Assembly: GCA_965224245.1 (NCBI GenBank)
Contig: OZ245046.1
Span: 5,184,001 to 5,248,000 of the forward strand
From: Candidatus Eiseniibacteriota bacterium
Lineage (GTDB): Bacteria > Eisenbacteria > RBG-16-71-46 > CAZAMP01
Direction of reading: 5' to 3'
Length of the DNA stretch: 64,000 bases
Below, in pieces: positions 59,237 through 64,000 of the stretch. The notes under the pieces were generated by a model. That model saw nothing but the letters and a program-made list of their open reading frames with translations. It ran no database searches and was not told where the DNA came from. Position numbers and translations under genes: made by a program. How positions within the stretch are numbered: position 1 is the first letter of the stretch; each line of letters begins with the position of its first letter.

Positions 59237-60289
59237 CTAGTGAGATTCCGATGGGGTGACGACGTTCTCGGCGGCGTCCGTCGCGCCCCCGGCTGCCACC
59301 GCCTGCTCCTTCATGGCCGCGAGCTTCTCCTGGAGATTCTCGACGCGGACGTAGGTCGCGTGGTCGCGCGGGATCTCGTCGATGAGCAGCGGCGCCGAGC
59401 GTCCGTCGAACAGCTCGATCGATCCGTTGGCGTCCAGCTCGAGCGTGAGCCAGGCCACGTACTGACCGCGTGTGCCCGGGCGCACGACGATCGCGTCGCC
59501 AACCTGCGAGTGGGTCTGACGCAATCCGCCCTGGTGCGACATCAGCACCACGTCGATGCCCGGGACCTCGCCGAGGAGGCGCTCGATCTCGTCGACCTCC
59601 ATCCTGGCCAGCAGCACGACGACGTCGCAGCCCTGGACCTCGAGCTCGGCCAGGGTGCGGATGGCCGACTCCGTGACGTCGTCGGCGACCAGGCCGACGC
59701 CGTCCAGTGCGGCCTGCGAGCCGGCGAGCACGTTCGGGCTCATGAGCGAGAACACGCCGACCCGGGCATCGCCGACGTCACGCGTCAAGTACGGCCGGCC
59801 GACTCGCGCCCCCGACTCGGTCCTCAGGTTCGATTCGATCACGGATGGGAGCGTGGTCCCGTCGCTCAGCGGAGCAAACTCGGCGGCCTGGGTGTGGTGG
59901 AAGCTCCCGTCCGGACCCGCGGCCTGTGCGTTGATCTCACGCACACCGATCGACATGGCGTCGTATCCCATGTCGGCCATCGTCCGCACGATGAACCCGT
60001 TGGTGAGCGGGGCGGTCAGCGCCTGGCTCGAGGCCCAGTTGCCGCCGTCGATCACGAGCGTGCTCGCGCACTCGGCGCGTAGCGAGTCGATGAAGCCCGC
60101 TCGCCACGCCAGGCCGCCCTTGGGATCCTTCTTGCATCCACACTGGTCGATCTCGCCGTTCCCGTGCGCGGTGAAGATCAGCTGCACGGACGTCCGGCCG
60201 TCGGTGCCCGTGCAGGGCGCGGTCGCCGACGGTCCCGCCATCACCCCGAGCGCGACGATCGCGCCCAGTACTCCAAAACGAAGATGCAT
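59237..60289 (-). CDS. Exported UshA-like (5'-nucleotidase N-terminal-like) protein with CGC motif
   Basis: Signal peptide, FTAHGNGEIDQCGCKKDPKGGLAWRA, IDGGN, MGYDAMSIGVRE, PGIDVVLMSH, PGTRGQYV. Confidence 0.75.
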   Translation of the reverse strand: MHLRFGVLGAIVALGVMAGPSATAPCTGTDGRTSVQLIFTAHGNGEIDQCGCKKDPKGGLAWRAGFIDSLRAECASTLVIDGGNWASSQALTAPLTNGFIVRTMADMGYDAMSIGVREINAQAAGPDGSFHHTQAAEFAPLSDGTTLPSVIESNLRTESGARVGRPYLTRDVGDARVGVFSLMSPNVLAGSQAALDGVGLVADDVTESAIRTLAELEVQGCDVVVLLARMEVDEIERLLGEVPGIDVVLMSHQGGLRQTHSQVGDAIVVRPGTRGQYVAWLTLELDANGSIELFDGRSAPLLIDEIPRDHATYVRVENLQEKLAAMKEQAVAAGGATDAAENVVTPSESH

Positions 60290-60447
60290 CGATGCTCTCC
60301 TTGCCAAGTTCGCGTGTCGAGGTCCAACGCGAGCATTATCGGACATCTGCGACTTCTCGTGGGTAAAGGGTGGGTAAAGGGCGAGATGCGCCGGCGAGAG
60401 GTGTCGCGAACCCGGTACGTGACCGGTCGCGCTCGGCCACGGGATCG

Positions 60448-61479
60448 TCAGCGCAGCCTGAAGCCCCCGACCAGCGGATCCTGAGGATCGATCAGAAACG
60501 TGTGTCGGCCGGTGAGGTGCGCGGAGCCGCCAACCTCGGGGATGATCGCATCGATCTCTCCGAATGTGGTCGTCTGGAGAATACGTCCCTCGAAGACGCT
60601 GCCGATGATGCTCTCGATCGCGATGGTCGTGCCGACCTCGAGGTCGCCGCGGTGATGGAGGAGCGCGAGCCTCGCGCTGACGCTGGTGCCGGTGGGCGAC
60701 CGATCCACCTCGCCGTCGGCGAACACGCAGACGTTGCGCGAGTGACGAGCGCGATCCACCGGAGGTCCCACGAAGACGACGCCGTAGAGGAACGACAGGT
60801 CCGGCTCGACCGGATGGAGTACGGGGCGGTCCGCGATCACGGCGGTCTTGATCAGGCGTCCCAGGCGTGCGAGCTCGGAGGCATGATCGCGATCGAGTGG
60901 TACGCCGATGACCGACGCATTCACGTAGGCGTAGAAGGCGCCGCCGAACGCGAGGTCGTAGCCGACGCTTCCCACTCCCTCGACGTTCACGCGACAGTCC
61001 GTGTCGAGAACGAAGGATGGCACGTTCTGGAACGCGACGCGGGTGACCCGGCCGTCGTCAATCTGTGCCGTGGCCGTGACCAGGCCCGCGGGGGTGTCGA
61101 TCCGGAGTGTCGCCGGTGAGCCCGTCACCGGCCACATCCCGGTCTCGATGACGGCCGTCGTCACGCCGATGATGCCGTGACCACACATCGTGCTGAAGCC
61201 CTCGTTGTGCATGAACACGACGCCGAAGTCGGCCTCGTCGGAGACGGGGTCGGTGAGGAAGCACCCGTACATGTCCGCGTGTCCGCGCGGCTCGAGCATC
61301 AACGTCCGTCGCACGTGATCGAAGCGTGTCTCGGCGTCTCGACGGCGTTCGAGCATCGTCGCGCCCCGCAGCGAGGGCAGTCCGTCGACGACGACCCGAA
61401 ACGGCTCCCCGCCGGTGTGGGCGTCGATCGTGTCGATCCGGATGTGGGGTGGAAACGATCTGGGCGGCTGGAGCGGCAC
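60448..61479 (-). CDS. Proline racemase family; Cys/Thr type, likely trans-3-hydroxy-L-proline dehydratase
   Basis: DAHTGGEP, EPRGH, MCGHG, DRSPTGT (Thr in place of the second catalytic Cys). Confidence 0.85.
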   Translation of the reverse strand: MPLQPPRSFPPHIRIDTIDAHTGGEPFRVVVDGLPSLRGATMLERRRDAETRFDHVRRTLMLEPRGHADMYGCFLTDPVSDEADFGVVFMHNEGFSTMCGHGIIGVTTAVIETGMWPVTGSPATLRIDTPAGLVTATAQIDDGRVTRVAFQNVPSFVLDTDCRVNVEGVGSVGYDLAFGGAFYAYVNASVIGVPLDRDHASELARLGRLIKTAVIADRPVLHPVEPDLSFLYGVVFVGPPVDRARHSRNVCVFADGEVDRSPTGTSVSARLALLHHRGDLEVGTTIAIESIIGSVFEGRILQTTTFGEIDAIIPEVGGSAHLTGRHTFLIDPQDPLVGGFRLR

Positions 61480-61483
61480 GCCG

Positions 61484-62380
61484 TCATCCCCAGGTCGGGC
61501 GCGCCGCGAGCTGCGCGCGCACGATGGCCAGCGCGTCGCGTCGCTCGGCGCCGTCCAGGGGGAGCCGTGGCGGGCGGACGTGCTCGGGATAGCCGTCCAC
61601 CTCGTGCGCCACCAGCTTGATGAGCTGGACGAACTTCGGAACGGTGTCGAGCCGCAGGAGCGGCAGAAACCACTCGTACAGCGTGCGGACCTCGTCGGTG
61701 CGTCCGGCGCGGGCGAGCTCGAACAGACGAACCGATTCCTCGGGCAGCGCGTTCACGAGTCCGGCGATCCAGCCGACGGCGCCGGCTGCGACGCCCTCGA
61801 CGATCACGTCGTCCACGCCCACGAAGAGCGCCAGTCGATCCCCGACGTGTTCGCGAATCGCGGTGAGTCGCCGCACGTCGGTGCTCGACTCCTTCACCGC
61901 ATCGAGGTTGTCGTGCGCCTCGGCCAGCTCCTTTATCTGGTGGGGGAGAATGTCGGTCCCGTAGGCGATCGGGTTGTTGTAGAGCATGCACGAGAGCGAC
62001 GTCGCCGCGATCACGGCGCCCAGATGGGCTCGTGTCTCGCGCCAGTCGCCGCGATAGACGTACGGCGGCAGCACCATCAGCCCGCGGCATCCGACGCGCT
62101 CGGCGTCGCGTGCCAGGTCGACCGCCTCCGCGGTGGACATGCCCGAGACGCCGGCCACGATCGGGCACCGCCCGCGCGTGCGCTCGCAGAGACGCGACAG
62201 CACGGCGATCTTTTCGTCGTGCGTCAGCGTGGCCGCCTCCCCGAGCGAGCCCAGCGGAACCACGCCCCGCGAGCCGGCCGCGACGAGCCGCTCGACGTGG
62301 GCGTCGAACGCATCGAAATCGAGGCCGCCGTCGGCGTGAAACGGCGTCGTGACCGCCGGAAACACCCCTTCCCACTGCAT
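61484..62380 (-). CDS. DHDPS-family protein; likely delta1-pyrroline-4-hydroxy-2-carboxylate deaminase
   Basis: WEGVFPAVTTPF, GSLGE, LYNNP, VKESS, GVDD, GWIAGLVNA, FVQLIKL. Confidence 0.85.
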   Translation of the reverse strand: MQWEGVFPAVTTPFHADGGLDFDAFDAHVERLVAAGSRGVVPLGSLGEAATLTHDEKIAVLSRLCERTRGRCPIVAGVSGMSTAEAVDLARDAERVGCRGLMVLPPYVYRGDWRETRAHLGAVIAATSLSCMLYNNPIAYGTDILPHQIKELAEAHDNLDAVKESSTDVRRLTAIREHVGDRLALFVGVDDVIVEGVAAGAVGWIAGLVNALPEESVRLFELARAGRTDEVRTLYEWFLPLLRLDTVPKFVQLIKLVAHEVDGYPEHVRPPRLPLDGAERRDALAIVRAQLAARPTWG

Positions 62381-62386
62381 GTTCGA

Positions 62387-64000
62387 TCACGTCCTTTCGA
62401 TCGAGGAGCCCGGATGATCTCGCTCGGCAATCAGCGTCGCCAGCGACGCGGGCGTCGACGGGGATCGCACGGCATCACGCGTCCACCCGAAGCGGTCGGA
62501 CAGGAACGTGCCGCAGACGCGTCCCTGGCAGGGACCCATTCCGACCCGACAATAGAGCTTCGCCTGCCGCGTCGTCCAATCGGGATCCAGCTCGCCCAGG
62601 CGCACGTCCTCGCAGCGGCACACGAGCTCGTCCACGCCCGCGAGCGCCAGCACCTCGTCACGGGGGGCGAAGGTACGCTCCAGCCGGTCCGCGAAGCGGC
62701 GGCCACGCGCCGCGAGTCGCCGGAGCGCCGACGCCTCGTTCGCCACGCGAGACGAGAGGGACCGACCGGCGTCGGCCGCCGCCGCGAGTCCGGCGAGCTG
62801 GCCCTCGACCAGCGCGGCGTCGACGCCGGCCACGCCGGTGGTCTCTCCGGCCACGAAGGCCCCGGCGACGTCGGTCCGTCCGTCGGCGTCGGCGACGACA
62901 CGTCCCCGGTCGATCCCGCATCCCACGAGGAGCGCCAGCTCGACGTTGGGCACGAGCCCGTATCCGACGAGCGCCAGGTCGACGGCCTCGCGGCGCTCCC
63001 GTCCCGCGAAGCGGATGCTCACCTCCTCGAGACGGTCGTCCCCGTGGGCGGCGCGCACCCACGAGTCACCGATCAGCTTCGCCCGTCCCATCGAGGCGAG
63101 GTAGCCGGCGGCTTGCGCGAGCTTCCACGGCTCGGGCAGCAGCGAGAGCGCGAAGCGGCGCAGCGCTCCGCGGGACACCTGCTCGACGACGACTCTCAGA
63201 TCGGCGCCCCGTCGCGCCAGCATCGCGGCCACCGGGAGCAGCAGGGGGCCGGTGCCGCCGACCACGACGCGCTTCCCGGCCACGTCGAGTCCCGCCTTCA
63301 TCAACGCCTGTCCGGCGCCGACGCCCATGACCCCGGGCAGCGTCCACCCGGGAAACGGCACGAAGCGCTCGCGCGCTCCGGTCGCGAGCACGAGCGCGTC
63401 TGCGTGCAGGACGAGAGCGCCGTCGGCCGTCTCGGCGGTCACGACGAATGCGGGATCCCCGGACGAAGCCGCTCCCCGGGATCGGGGAACGTGTGCGACG
63501 TCGACGACACGGGTCGAGGGAACCGTGCGAGCACCCGATCGGTCGAGCCGATCCAGCCAGGCCCGCGCGTCGGCCCAGCGGCGCCGTGTGACCGGAAGCT
63601 CGCGACGCTCGCGGTGGCGCCATATCTGTCCGCCGACTCCCGGGGACTCGTCGAGCAGCACGACGTCGAGACCGTGCTCGGCGGCGCGGGCCGCCGCGCC
63701 CACCCCGGCGGGGCCGGCGCCGATCACGACCACCGCGGTCGAGAGGTACGTGGCCTCGGGTGCCGGATCGTCGCCTCGCACCGCGGGCGCGGTCGTCTCG
63801 ATGCGAAGGCCGTCGCGACACGTCACGAGGCATGCACGTTGATGCGCCCGGCCGTCGATGGTGACGCGGCACTCGTGACACACGCCCATCGCGCAGAGCG
63901 GCCCGCGTCGTTGACCACGGACGCTCGTTCGCAGCCCGATGCGACCCGCGTTGATCAGCGCGGCGGCCACGCTGGCCGTGGGATCCGCCTCGATCTCGCG
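62387..64000 (-). CDS. Fused 2Fe-2S + FAD/NAD(P)-binding oxidoreductase + BFD-like domain (D-hydroxyproline dehydrogenase/opine-oxidase-like); 5' end beyond the window
   Basis: CAMGVCHEC...AC, GAGPAG, GGQI, LATGARERFVPFPGWTLPGV, VCRCE, GMGPCQGRVC; frame stays open to base 64000. Confidence 0.85.
   Translation of the reverse strand, partial: REIEADPTASVAAALINAGRIGLRTSVRGQRRGPLCAMGVCHECRVTIDGRAHQRACLVTCRDGLRIETTAPAVRGDDPAPEATYLSTAVVVIGAGPAGVGAAARAAEHGLDVVLLDESPGVGGQIWRHRERRELPVTRRRWADARAWLDRLDRSGARTVPSTRVVDVAHVPRSRGAASSGDPAFVVTAETADGALVLHADALVLATGARERFVPFPGWTLPGVMGVGAGQALMKAGLDVAGKRVVVGGTGPLLLPVAAMLARRGADLRVVVEQVSRGALRRFALSLLPEPWKLAQAAGYLASMGRAKLIGDSWVRAAHGDDRLEEVSIRFAGRERREAVDLALVGYGLVPNVELALLVGCGIDRGRVVADADGRTDVAGAFVAGETTGVAGVDAALVEGQLAGLAAAADAGRSLSSRVANEASALRRLAARGRRFADRLERTFAPRDEVLALAGVDELVCRCEDVRLGELDPDWTTRQAKLYCRVGMGPCQGRVCGTFLSDRFGWTRDAVRSPSTPASLATLIAERDHPGSSIERT

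Overview
Very GC-rich bacterial chromosomal window, gene-dense, with no rRNA, tRNA, CRISPR array or intact transposase visible. Seven large exported proteins end in an FlgD-Ig/T9SS-type-A-like C-terminal domain ('PNPF...Y/FDVxGRxVR...WDG...GxYF'): an S8 peptidase, a 1136-aa unknown, an M23 peptidase, an Omp28-like protein, a CocE hydrolase, an alpha/beta hydrolase and a LanC-like protein. This suggests (inference) an FCB-affiliated lineage such as Eisenbacteria, Krumholzibacteriota or Latescibacterota. Housekeeping/metabolic genes include pntAA-pntAB-pntB, moeB/moeZ, trmK, pyrD, a beta-carbonic anhydrase, MscS, DUF368, an M29 aminopeptidase, a hydroxyproline catabolic cluster and an ECF-sigma/Ser-Thr-kinase pair. 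The main result is two probable selenoprotein genes hidden from the ORF track by in-frame UGA codons, each followed by a SECIS-like hairpin. One is a 115-aa zinc-ribbon protein (52718-53065, minus strand, absent from the ORF track). The other is an exported Omp28/thioredoxin-like UxxC protein (29905-31966, which also carries a +1 frameshift). Non-coding structure includes two inverted copies of a 92-nt core each closed by a different stem (16928-17485), a decayed HNH gene flanked by oppositely oriented 17-bp tandem arrays (32046-33806), and a hairpin-dense ~0.9-kb gap (43879-44820). All family calls come from motif recognition by eye; no searches were run.
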